NCBI RefSeq assembly: GCF_006345805.1
Contig: NC_042998.1
Span: forward strand, 82,522,001-82,586,000
DNA length: 64,000 nucleotides
Source: Octopus sinensis
Taxonomy: Eukaryota
Direction: 5' to 3'
Shown: one piece after another, positions 1 to 12,290 of the stretch
Numbering within the stretch: position 1 is the stretch's first letter
Layout of the letters: each line of letters begins with the position of its first letter
Made by a program: the position numbers and the translations under genes
The notes under the pieces: generated by a model
Told to the model about the DNA's origin: nothing
Database searches by the model: none
The model's input: only the letters and a program-made list of their open reading frames with translations

Positions 1-1269
1 CAATGATGATGTTGATGATGTGGAGGAGGAGAAGGAGGAGGAGGAGGAGGAGAAAAAGAAAGTGAGAACGAGGAAGAGGAGAAAGGGGTACGCTGAGAAA
101 CATAGCCAGGAGTCATGGGTGACACCTACTGAGTCACTGAAATTGCCAAACAACAGAAGCTTCTCTAGTTATTAGTCTCCAATAGTGTTCGTGCTAAAGA
201 GAGAGAGTGAGAGAGAGAGAGAGAGAGAAAGAGATAGAAAGAGAGAAAGCCATCATAGAGATTGCCGGCTGTGTTTTGTGTAGTGTAAAGAGCTGAAACA
301 TAGACACGAAGGTTGACAGATGCAACCAGTGAGCATGGCATTGGTTTTCAGTGAGAAAATCAACACTAAACACGCAAAACCAAATAAGAGAGGGACGAAG
401 CAGATCTTTTCACTTCCACTTAGTATATCCGATGGGCTTCTCAACCTTATCAGGTTTATAACCGGTAGACCCTGTTGTCCTTACTGTGGCATCGCGGAAA
501 GTTGATGATGAAGTTGTTTGTTTGTGATGTAAAGCTAACTAACTGAAATCAAAGAAATGGTAACCGGAAATTCATTGATGTTTAACTCTATGCTCCGAAT
601 CATAGAACTAAGTGCATCTGCATTTTAGGGTTAATAAAGTTGATGATCTTTGTTATTACTGTTTTTTACCTCTATAAAGTTCTACTCCCGAAGTACCTCT
701 AGATATCTTAAATATATATTTTCGACTAAACGATAAGAAGATTAATAAGAAAAAGAAAGCTTGAACTAATTTTTGTATCTATATATAGGTAGTATGGCAT
801 TAGACATAAAGATAATTCAACAAGAATAATTTGATGTAAATGACATCCTGGGAACATTTATTCCCAACAGTTCTAGTCGAATGACGTCCCAAAGTAATTA
901 AATACTACGCTCACTTTTGCTTTATAGCTATAAAATGATGTTTGTGATATTGAACAAGTAGTAGATCTGCTGTTCTTGGTCTTAATGTTGTTTGCAAAAA
1001 GAAACATATTGTTTATTGTCTCAGTTTTCACATATGTAACTAAGCAAAACAGCTAACACATGTTTGCCATAAAGTTATATGTGGTAGACTATCAGCGTAT
1101 CCAGGGATATTTATTCCTGGTTTCACATATTTCACTTCATTTTTACAGTTAATGCATTAACAAAAGAAAGGCCTTTTTCAAAGCTTTGTTTAGCTTTCCT
1201 TTAAACCAACAGCTATAATAGATCTACTATTATAAAGCGCAATATATCTTATCATTTTGTTTTTTTATG

Positions 1270-1480
1270 GCAGCGAGCTAGCAGAATCGTTAATACTTCA
1301 GGCACAATATTTAGCAGCAGCTTTTCCGGTTTCACGTTCTGGGTTCAAATACCACCGAGGTTGACCTTGCTACTTCTACTTTCGGAGTCGATAAATAAAG
1401 TAACTTTTGAGCCCTGGATTTGATATAATTAACTAGCCTCCTCCCTATAGTTTTCAGGCGTTATGCCTTTAGTAGAAAGG
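1270..1480 (+). mobile_element. SINE family A copy (GGCGAGCTGGCAGAATCG head), diverged
   Basis: ggcagcgagctagcagaatcgtta...gggttcaaataccaccgaggttgacc...tttcggagtcgataaataaagta matches the repeat seen at 12060, 23520, 36467, 43915 and elsewhere. Confidence 0.75.
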
Positions 1481-1754
1481 ATCATTTTGTGTTCGATCAG
1501 CAAACAATATTTTCGCTGAAAATATAAGGAAAGCCAGCGGCTTAGTATAGATTCAAACTTCCAGTTGCTTCTCGTTGACGATACACATGTCGAAACAACT
1601 GGGATCCAGAATTTTGTGCGCCATTAAACCAAGTATGTTGAACGCGCTGTAGTCGTAAAAGAGAGATATTATTCTATGACGTACACTACGGTAACCATAA
1701 TATTTTACGTCCGAACCTGCTTAGACGTTTAAAGAATAAATATGCATACAATTG

Positions 1755-2010
1755 TGAAGGCGCATGGCCTAGGGGTTAGGCTGTTGCACTCACGCTCGCT
1801 AGATCATGGATTCCATTCCCTAATTGGCCGGCGTCGTGTTGTGTTCTTGAGCAAAACACGTCATTTCCCGTTGCTTTAGTTTCCTTTTCGATCAGGAGGG
1901 AATGTTGGCCTGCTCGCCTAGCCAGCGGGGTGGCGTCATTTGAAGGTTAAAACAATGCAAAACGCATTGTGACCAGTGATGTGTGACATCTGCTAGCCTG
2001 GTCGGTCACA
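1755..2010 (+). mobile_element. tRNA-derived CORE-like SINE (family C/E)
   Basis: gaaggcgcatggcctaggggttagg A-box-like head followed by gtgttgtgttcttgagcaaaacac, a CORE-like block; same head as 20375. Confidence 0.7.
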
Positions 2011-2764
2011 TGATAACGTAATAATCGTTTCAAATCTCGCTGTAAAGGGTGAAAATATCAATTTGTTCTCCAAATGTTTCCGTTATTTCTTAAACAGTTG
2101 AAATATCGTAGAAGCTAAATTTCGTCATTCGAAGACTGATCAAATAAATTACTATCGAAGTACCATAATCCTGCGGAGGTCGACTTAGCTTTTCATCCTT
2201 TCAAGATCGGTAGAATAAGAGCTAGTAAGGTATTGAGGTCGATGTAATCGACTTAGAACCACACCCGAAATTGCTGGCCTTTAGCCAAATTTTGAAGCCA
2301 ATATTATCAACTATTATCCGAACCCCTGCAAACTTCGTACATTAGCCTTCTGCCTTATTTAGAAGCCACTGTTTTTTAATGGCAACTGGGAGTTAGGGAA
2401 CAAGCGGACGTTGCTTATGAGACTGAAAAAAATTGATTCAAAATATTTAGCGCAAATTGTAGAGAATTCTCTTTGAAGTGATGTCTACAATGATTATGTC
2501 CTGACTCTCGTTGTATAATGATTGCACTATTTTGGTTTTTATGAGAAAGAATATTTTGCTATTTTAGTTATATTATTACAAAGGCAACATAGAAAGCTAT
2601 CTAAATATAACAGAAGTGTCTCCTTCAAAAAAATACAAGTGTCTGACTATCGAAGTGAAATACGGTGTGCAGAATTGAAAGAGCCAAAAGCAAAACAAAA
2701 CGAAAAAGATTTATGTCAGATTCTAATAGAAGCAAGCAAACCTATTACAAATATTATTTACAAC

Positions 2765-3421
2765 GCATAAGAAGTACGACAAGGACAATGATAATGATAA
2801 AGGTGGTGGTGGTGGTGATGATGAGGTATAGGGAAGGGGAGGAGGAGGAAGAAGAGGAAGGAGAGGAAGAGGAGGAGGGAAATAAGAGGGGGAGGGGGGG
2901 GAGGAGAAGTAAGGGGAAGTGGTGGAGAAGGAAAGGAGGAGGTGGAGGAGAAGGAAGGGGAAGAGGTGAAGGAGAAGGAAGGGGAAGAGGTGGAGAAGAA
3001 GGAAGAGGAGGAGGAAGAAGAAGCTGGGGAGAGGGGGAGGAGGAGAAGGAGGATGAAGAGGTGGAGGAGGGGGGGAAAATATGGGGCAGGGGGGAGGAGG
3101 AGGAGGAAGAGGAGAGGGAGGAGGAGGAGGAGGAGGAGGTGGAATAAGAAGAGGAGAGAGGAAGAGGAAGAGGAAGAGGGGAGGAGGAGGAGGAAGAAAA
3201 AAAGGGAGAGGAGGGGGAGAGGAGGGGAGAGGAGGGGGAGAGGAGGGGGAGAGGAGGGGGAGAGGAGGGGGAGGAGGAGGAGGAAGGGGAGGAGGATGTT
3301 GATGATGATAATGAAGATGATAATGAAGATGAGGATAGTGGTGGGGGTGGAGTAGTGATGATGATGATGATAAGTACGATGGTGATGATGAGGATTATGA
3401 TGATTATGATAAGGATGGTGA

Positions 3422-3455
<34 letters not shown>

Positions 3456-3480
3456 TTTGGTGGTGGTTTTGGCGAAGTTG
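2765..3480. repeat. compound purine-rich microsatellite (GGA/GAA/GAT/GGT)
   Basis: directly visible; source of the poly-E, poly-S and poly-H pseudo-ORFs. Confidence 0.95.
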
Positions 3481-3727
3481 ACACTGGAGATTAATAATGA
3501 ATGATGATATATCGATAACCAATATTTGATATAATTTCGAGAGAAAATATCAAAAGTACATAGGTGCAATCAGAGACAAACAAGCACAAATAAATAATCA
3601 TTTTTCTTCAAAAATAAAAAACAAAATTACATTGAATTGTGTATACGTGCGCATGTATGTTTGTGTGTGTGTGTGTGTGTGTACATACATACATACACAT
3701 ACAGGCAAAACACACACACACACACAT

Positions 3728-3764
<37 letters not shown>

Positions 3765-3770
<6 letters not shown>

Positions 3771-3841
3771 AAAAACAGAGAAACACACATATGTATGTTC
3801 ACATGTGAGTGTCTGCATGCATACATAAATACATATGTGTT

Positions 3842-3886
<45 letters not shown>

Positions 3887-4326
3887 AGGTGTGTCTTTAT
3901 AAGTGTTATGAGATCGACATATATGTAGTTTAGAAAGCTTAAGTCAATCAATATATTTAACGTTTCCGAATCTTATCATGTTAGCAAGAAAGCAAAGCTA
4001 TTTCCGACTTTTGAAGTGGCTGCGAATATATATCTCCGACATAGTAATAAACAAAACTGAACATACATCATAAAAATAACTTCATGCAAATAACATAGAT
4101 GTATGTAATAAACTTGCAGAGCAACTTCGCAAACATTGTAATTTCTATATAGATATAAACAAAATGATTTAGCATATGTATATATAAATATAGATGCATA
4201 AATATATGAGTTACCACTCGTATATATAATATATATATATATATATTTATACATAAAAAACAGAGAAACACACATATGTATGTTCACATGTGAGTGTCTG
4301 CATGCATACATAAATACATATGTGTT

Positions 4327-4373
<47 letters not shown>

Positions 4374-4707
4374 AGGTGTGTCTTTATAAGTGTTATGAGA
4401 TCGACATATATGTAGTTTAGAAAGCTTAAGTCAAATCAATATATTTACTTTTCCGAATCTTATCATGTTAGCAAGAAAGCAAAGCTATTTCCGACTTTTG
4501 AAGTGGCTGCGAATATATATCTCCGACATAGTAATAAACAAAACTGAACATACATCAAGATAAAAATAACTTCATGCAAATAACATAGATGTATGTAATA
4601 AACTTGCAGCAACTTCGCAAACATTGTAATTTCTATATAGATATAAACAAAATGATTTAGCATATGTATATATAAATATAGATGCATAAATATATGAGTT
4701 ACCACTC

Positions 4708-4710
<3 letters not shown>
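3765..4710 (+). repeat. ~485-bp direct tandem duplication bounded by (TA)n
   Basis: 3765-4220 repeats at 4250-4708 with only small indels. Confidence 0.9.
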
Positions 4711-4769
<59 letters not shown>

Positions 4770-5139
4770 CTCCATCTCTCTCTAAATGTATATATATGTA
4801 TGTGTGTATACTTGTATGCATGTACGTATGTATATATAAGTGTGTATTATGTATGTTAATAAGTTTGTACTTATGCAATATATATTAATAATATTCACAA
4901 ATTTTTCCTAGATACAACACCAATGTCTTCTTAGTGTCTTTGCTTTGACTAGGTATTCGGAGAAATAAGGAAAAAGTGTAAATGCTTTTTTTAATATTTC
5001 ACATTTAAATGTAATGGTAGATTAATGGAGAAATATACATGCCAAAGAATGTGCGTGTGTACACACACATATGTATATGCATATATACTTGAGCTGCATA
5101 ATAGTGGCTTTATCTCACTTTCGAGTGCTACTGGTAACA

Positions 5140-6002
5140 TGTAACCCAGTACAACCTGTTGCATGGTCGGGTCGTCGGCGACTAAACCGGCAACCCCACC
5201 AAGCTTGCTTGGTGAGGAGGGTAAATTGGACACCCTGCGGGATGAAAAATAAAGCCCGTCAAAGGACGGAGGACCTCTTGAGAGTCAACGGCCATCCAAT
5301 AAATGTTAGTACGGGTACGTAGAAATTCTGCGGTGGTGTCCGGCGTGCTGAAAGACCACTGGGAGTGAGGTGCCCCTCAGCTTTTGTTAAAGCACGTCTC
5401 TAGAAGAATGTCACTCTGATATAAAACCAGATATGCAGGGAATGGCATTGAACATTTTGGGGATCTTTGGTTTGTGCTAGAGATCACGGCGCTCCCACAT
5501 CTCTGAGCCCGTGACTCATATTGGCACCAGACATCTTGCTCCGGCTTGTCTCTGGATAATGTCAATAGAGTGGAGAGGGTCTGTGAGGTGTTGTGCAAGC
5601 CTTATTGGACATAAAACTCTGCACAGGCATTGCCGACATCCTCCTTTTTTTTTTATTTATTCGGAAGTCCTGTGGCGATGGGAAGATGGTGAAGCATGCA
5701 GATCTGACGGGTCTTTTATCTATAAAATCTGGACGGAACTTAAACATTTCATGTTGGAATGTGCGTACTCTGTTGGACAACAGGAATGATTGCAGGCCTG
5801 AAAGACGCACTGCACTTGTTGCTCGTGAGCTGAACCGTTATGAATGGGGAAAGCTTGGTCTGCAATGTTTGCTGTTGTGTATGCTTGTCAAGAGCAGGGC
5901 TCATTAGCCACCAACGGAGCCGCAAATGCAAAATATAAGTTAGTCCTAGAGCACACAATGTTCCTGAAGGTCGGCAATGGTCTTCCTCGGTCACGAGTGG
6001 AC

Positions 6003-6008
<6 letters not shown>
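5140..6008 (+). mobile_element. RTE-clade LINE, internally deleted (5' UTR + APE start joined to C-terminal zinc finger + 3' UTR)
   Basis: NISCWNVRTLLDNRNDCRPERRTALVARELNRY (RTE APE N-terminus) is followed within ~20 bp by CNVCCCVCLSRAGLISHQRSRKCKI* in the +1 frame (5861-5938). Confidence 0.85.
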
Positions 6009-6080
<72 letters not shown>

Positions 6081-6170
6081 ATAATATATATATATATAAT
6101 TAATATATTATAAAGGAGATATATTTAGAATATACACACAAAAATTGGAGAGGAACTGACCTGTCTTTCT

Positions 6171-6220
6171 GACATTTTCTGACAATATTTTTCTAAAAAA
6201 GTGAAACCGGTCAAGTCAAT
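6171..6220 (+). ncRNA. degenerate type I hammerhead motif (sister of 43540 copy)
   Basis: CTGACAA-tatttttctaaaaaagt-GAAA-ccgg-TC-aagtc; G8 is replaced by A; ~85 bp shared with 43545-43620. Confidence 0.55.
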
Positions 6221-6339
6221 TAACATCTTTAAAATTGCATTTTCACCCTTTCATATAAATATAATGATAGGAAAGACGAAGGGTAGAAGCGGTGAGAGGA
6301 AAACAATCAGAAAAAAGACGAAAGTGAAACAGAAGAAAG

Positions 6340-6553
6340 AAGTGGAAGAAGAAGAAGGAGAAGAAGAAGAAGAAGAAGAAGAAGAAGAAGAAGGAGAAGA
6401 AGAAGAAGGAGAAGAAGAAGAAGAAGAAGAAGAAGAAGAAGAAGAAGAAGAAGAAGAAGGAGAAGAAGAAGGAGAAGAAGAAGAAGAAGAAGAAGAAGAA
6501 GAAGAAGAAGAAGAAGAAGAAGAAGAAGAAGAAGAAGAAGAAGAAGAAGAAGA
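6340..6553. repeat. (GAA)n microsatellite
   Basis: directly visible; explains the poly-Glu ORF 6201-6644. Confidence 0.97.
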
Positions 6554-7100
6554 TACAGTGCTCAGTGTTGCATATAGCAAAGCGGTTTATCTAGTTGTAT
6601 GCTGGCGGTGGTTCAGCCAGTACAGGCAGAATCATTGTTACTGAAATTCGGCCGATGGAAGAAGATATATATTTGACCACACATCGGCAATTTTCCAAAA
6701 TAAAAAGTTAAGGATGTTAATGATGTCTGTTGTAGGGAGAAAGGGGGGTATAATTATGAACAGAAAAAGACGAGGAGACGGAAGAGTTGGAGGCGTCCTA
6801 AAGGGGCACAGTAGATTCCTAAAGACCGGAGCAGAAAATAATTAGAGTTTAATTTAAGTAAATAGTGACCGGGAGGATCATAAGCTCTATATGATATAAA
6901 TATATGCCCAACATAAAAAATATAAAATAAAAAATTAATAAATGGTAACAATAAAATAGGATATATATGGGTGGAGTGATATATAGTTATTGGTGCGAAA
7001 GTATATATACTTTTATATCGACCCCAGTGCGTAACTGGTACGTATTTAATCGACTCCGAAAGGATAAAAGACAAGATGCTGGTGCAGTTTTTCCGCCCCG

Positions 7101-7275
7101 ACATCCGAAACTCAGTTTTATTATTTCAACCCACCGAATAATTGTCACATATTATATTACAATATATATATATATATATTATATATTATATATATATAAT
7201 ATATATATATATATATGTAATATAATATGTGAACAATTATTCGTTTGAAATAATAAAACTCCGAGTTTCGGATGT
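7101..7275. repeat. inverted repeat (~58-bp arms) around a (TA)n core, carrying an HHR 3' half
   Basis: acatccgaaactcagttttattatttcaa...tattattac (7101-7160) versus the reverse complement of 7217-7275. Confidence 0.8.
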
Positions 7276-7416
7276 ATATATATGTATGTATATATATACC
7301 GATACATGTGTATATATATATGCACGTATATACACATGCACATACATACATACAAATATACATATACATACACACAGCCACACATATATATATAAATACA
7401 CGCATACATATATATA

Positions 7417-7463
<47 letters not shown>

Positions 7464-8419
7464 ATATCCATGTACACACACATTTACCTGCATACAGAAA
7501 TACCTCCATACACACGTATATACATATACTGACACATATATCCACACACACACATACACACACACACACGTATATATATATATATGCATATACGTACACA
7601 GCCATACATATATATATACATTAATGCACATATACACACCCACATACACTAACTTCTATAAGCATCGTATATACACACCTACATACACAGCCATTTATAT
7701 AAATAAATAACGTCTTATGTGTTTCTTTGTGTCTGTGTTTATCTCCTACCACTACTTGGCAGCCAGTGTGAGTGTGTTTACGTCCTCGTAACTTAACGTT
7801 TCGGCAAAAGAGACCGATATAATAAGTACCAATCTTAAAATAAGATGAACGGTAGTCGAACTGTTAGACTAAAATTCTTCAAGGCGGTACCTCAGCATAG
7901 CCGCAGTCTAATGACTGAAACAAGTAAAGGATAAACTTCTCTGAAAATTGATGTGGTATCCATATAAAACAGTTCCATACGATAACCCTATATCAAGTTA
8001 TACACCTCAGATTGACTACACATATTCTATATTTCTATTTTTCCTAGATAATGTACTTTGTTTATGCCACATATTCACCTAATTTTTCTGCGTTGATTAC
8101 TCATTATATAATATTTTTAAAATCAATGTAGCTTAAAGTATTTGAGTATAAGAAAAATAAACTAAATTCTGCATATTTAGAGAATAATTTGTAATGGTTT
8201 CTGATTTGAACATGAATCCAGCAATTTTGAGTGGAAAAGATTAGTCGATTCCATCGACTGCAGTACTTGACTGGCACTTTATTTCATCGATCCCGAAAAG
8301 ACAAAAGGCAAACTGGCCTTCAGCTGGATTCGAACCGAAAGACCTGATGCCAAGGATTTTGTCAGTCCCTTACTCTTTCCCAATCACTTACAAATGTTTC
8401 AAAGTTTGAAACAAAGTTA

Positions 8420-8578
8420 GCAGGATTGGCTGTGTGGTAAGTAGCTTGCTTATCAACCACACAGTTCCGGGTTCAGTCCCACTGCGCGGCACCTTGGGCA
8501 AGTGTCTTCTACTATAGCCTCGGGCCGACCAAAGCCTTGTGAGTGGATTTGGTAGACGGAGACTGAAAGAAGCCCGTC

Positions 8579-8612
<34 letters not shown>

Positions 8613-8830
8613 GTGTGTGTGTGTCTGTGTTTGTCTCCCCAACATCGCTTGACAACTGATGCTGGTGTGTCTACGTCCCCGTTACTTAGCGGTTCGGCAA
8701 AAGAGACCGATAGGATAAGTACTAGGCTTACAAAGAATAAGTCCTGGGGTCGATTTGCTCGACTAAAAGGCGGTGCTCCAGCATGGCCGCAGTCAAATGA
8801 CTGAAACAAGTAACAGAGAGAAAAGAGAGA
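8420..8830 (+). mobile_element. tRNA-derived SINE family B, near full length, with internal TA/TG microsatellite
   Basis: tggctgtgtggtaagtagc head, ggttcagtccc B-box-like motif, accttgggcaagt CORE-like block, tail ggcggtgctccagcatggccgcagtcaaatgactgaaac; further copies at 19180(-), 34085, 45580, 59200, 62330(-). Confidence 0.85.
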
Positions 8831-10170
8831 AAGTTTAAGGGTAACTTTTAAGCCGATTAGCTGATATTTTATTCTATCGAACCTGGAAGGTTCAAAGGAA
8901 AAGTCGACCTCGTTCGCATTTAACACAGGCACACTCAGACATGCACACACAAGGAGACATAGTTCCACACGCATACATATTCAAACAAACACACAAAGAC
9001 ATGAATATGCAGGATACATACAAACTTACACACATACATACTTATATAAATACGCACACACACACACATACAAGCATACACACACTTACATGCGTGTATA
9101 CATACATACATGCGTATGCGCACACACACTGACTCACACACATTCGCATAAACAAGCAAAAAGAACTGTTTTTCGAAAAACAGGCACGACACTAAAACTG
9201 CCATTTTAAAAATATATAATTGTTTACCTAAATTGTTTACTTGCTACTCCAAATACTACTACGACGAGGACGAGTACAACTACGGCGAATGGTGATGAGG
9301 ACAAAAGGAATCAAACGTTTATAAGAAAGGAATTAACCCAAACAATGGATTATTCAATGCATATACACTCACTCGAAAAATAAAAACACTTTGTTTTACA
9401 AGAGACTATGAATGTCTGTCACCAGTGGAGTACGTCAATGGTTGTCACCACAAAAGAACATCGATAAGCTCTCACCAGACAAAACACTGCCTCCACCATG
9501 ATGTTTCATGTTTTATGCACATCAGATAACTATGATGACTGAAGCGGCTTCCGTTTTAAAGAGCCGCATCATTTAGATTTCTATCTCTAGTTCATTGTAT
9601 TCATTTAGATTTTGAAACATTTTTATCGATATATTATTGGCTGGTGGTTTACTAATTAATTTGCTGGTCTTATCTTTTGTGTCTTTGATGACGGCAATAC
9701 GACGTATTTCCTCGAATTTCCTGGTCTGTGTTGACTACTAAATTCCAAAGAACTGTCAGATTATTTCCTTCCTTGACTGGCTCTGGCTAGTATTCAAGCC
9801 ATTAGATGTCTGCTTTTTATTATTTTGTTTCTTCTAATGTAAGAATTGGTTTACTCTGTCATGTCAAACCGATACTCATTTGGTTATCAGGGCTGAGCAA
9901 TATGAGATGCATTTTTTTCTATAAATTAGTTGCAATGTTTGCAGATTTTAGGTCTGCATCATTTTCCCTTTTTCATACATAGGCTTGGTTGTTTTCGGCA
10001 TACGAACTTTAGCCTTCTGTTCCTGTTTCCATACCTGAACTCATCAATAATTTACGAATTGCGTTTTATGAATTATAGCAGCACCTCTACAGCAGTTTAC
10101 ATAATGTCCAAATCCATTCTATTGTTTTTGATGTCTATCCATATTTTTGTTGTTGTTGCTATTATTATTA

Positions 10171-10204
<34 letters not shown>

Positions 10205-10205
<1 letters not shown>

Positions 10206-11406
10206 GAAAACTCACAACTTATTTTGCTGGGTATGATGGTGCCAGCTGTCCACATCCAGTACACTAAGGTGGCACTTGCTACTGGTCATGCTTTAAGAAC
10301 CCTGCGAAGAATTCTTGCAGTTCCAAACAATGCTGATTTTTGTAGGTGTTCTACCTTCACACTTGCATCGATCATTTTCAGCCATATTGATAGTTGTGTG
10401 CTGATACTTCCAAATGCACCAATTACTATTGGTATCACGTCCACTCTCTTCATTGACCACAACCTCCGTATTTCCCACTTATCATACATATTCTTTCTCT
10501 TCTATTCACCACAACAATGTGCGGTTTTCGATGTTTGGTCGGGTGATCGTACTGGATCATTGCATCTCCACAGGATTTTGCACTTCTCGTTTTCGGTAAC
10601 TCCTTCTGCAGTTTTCTCATACCACGTCTTTTCTCTTTGTAGGCCGTGTTTTCCACAGAGCTCACAATGGATCATTCTTGCCAGATTGTCACAGCATCTT
10701 TTAAACTCGCGTTGTGCCAATTTCGGGTATTCGCTAACGATGAGCCATACCGTTTCACCCTTCTCACCACATATTCTGCATTTGTCGCTATCAGTAATGT
10801 TGTTTATTCTGTACTTCATATAATTGGTCATTAACGATTGTTTCTGAGCTGCGCGTATGAGTGCCTCTGTCATTATCACTCCTTCTCATCCATAGATACT
10901 GGTCTTCTGTATCTGTCTTGGTATTCTCATCTCTTGCAAACTGACCGTACATTTTCTTTTCCTTCCATGCTTTTTCTTTTTTATTCATTTTTTATTTTAT
11001 TTTCTATTTAGTTACACAATTTTCAGTTTTGATTACGCCGCCCTGCTTCCTGTTTCAACACTGGCTCCACATCATTTTTATATACCACCTTAGGCTTTTC
11101 CCTCTGTTTCGGTACAGTCCTGGCAAATGATCAAACCTCTTCCACCCTTTCTTCTGGACAAGTACATCATATCGGTGTCACTCTTATGGTAGAAGGCTCC
11201 GTGTACTGTCAACATTATTCTGGTCTTGGTATCCGTTTACTTCATTTCTCTCTTTTGCCATTTTATATCTTCCCGCTCTATAGCGGAATGGTGCTATCGC
11301 CCATGTATTAACTACTTGGATTTTATTCCATCCAGTCAGTTTTGAATGCTACACTAGCCTCAGTCTTCGGAAATACTCCATACTCAGTTGCTCTTTATCA
11401 TTATTA

Positions 11407-11458
<52 letters not shown>

Positions 11459-11990
11459 GAGAAACTGGCTCAGGTTCGGTCGTTCTCCTGATAGGAATTA
11501 TGTGGATAGCGGGTTACTACCTGCAAACTTAGGTAACCATAAGTTTTCAACAGTCCTTCTAGTGCTCAGAACCCTCCTGATAATCATTATGTCCAGTCTG
11601 TTAATTTCTTTTTTTTCTGTTTGAATGGAAAAGTTCCACAAAATATTACATTTCTTCGACTCCCGTACTCTTTCGACTCGATGGTTGTACCATTTGTTTC
11701 CAGCTTCAAATCCTCATTTCTGGCACATTTTCCAGAGTAAAGCTTCAACAACCTGGTCATATTTCCATGTCTTATATATCCCATGTGCCAACTTGGGACC
11801 ATTCTTTCCCAATGTATCTCGGTCCACGTTCCACAGGCTGTACATGTTTTTGATACATTCTTATCTTTTGTTTTTTGTAAAGTGTTTTGGGGATGGCATC
11901 TGATGTTCCGATGGCGTGACTTTCATTTTTCTTGCTGAATGTCCTCCATTGCTTGACATCAGTAATTTTAACATAACATATATTGAGTAC
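10205..11990 (-). mobile_element. R4/Dong-type RLE non-LTR retrotransposon fragments
   Basis: KCRICGEKGETVWLIVSE zinc-knuckle region and VIPIVIGAFG...LQKSALFGTARILRRVL C-terminus; 3' end abuts (TAA)n; (TTA)n at 11400-11458. Confidence 0.85.
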
Positions 11991-12059
11991 TTCTCAACTT
12001 TTTTAATCTTCAGTTATCTGAGAGAATTGCAACGTGCACTGTGAAATATTCTCTTTTGC

Positions 12060-12290
12060 TTCTGTCATTCATAATCCTTTCTAACATAGGCACAAGGCCT
12101 GAAATTTTCGGGGAGGAGGCCACTCGATTAGATCGACCCCAGCACGCACATGGTACTGAATTTACCGACCACGAAAAGATGAAATGTAAAGTCAACCACG
12201 GTGGTATTTGAACTCAGAACGTAGCGACGGGCGAAAGACCGCTAAGTTTTTCGCCCGGTGTGCTAACGGTTCTGCCAGTTCATCTCTGTC
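12060..12290 (-). mobile_element. SINE family A copy
   Basis: reverse complement of the family A body (gatcgaccccagc...tttgaactcagaacgtagcgacgggcg...tctgccag). Confidence 0.75.

Noticed and set aside
253-570. 63-aa and 61-aa ORFs in unique-looking sequence; possible first exon or UTR
   Set aside because: No recognisable domain, an upstream in-frame stop, and no convincing splice donor.
1573-1605. TTGACGA-tacacatgtc-GAAA-caactgg and similar weak motifs at 12447, 43800 and 55640
   Set aside because: Core mismatches and no stem I; cannot be told from chance by eye.
2665-3569. Long poly-Glu, poly-Ser and poly-His ORFs (also 6201-6644 and 22371-23507)
   Set aside because: Read-through of trinucleotide microsatellites.
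9930-10823. 297-aa plus-strand ORF
   Set aside because: Antisense to an R4-type LINE fragment plus (TTA)n; no coding signature of its own.
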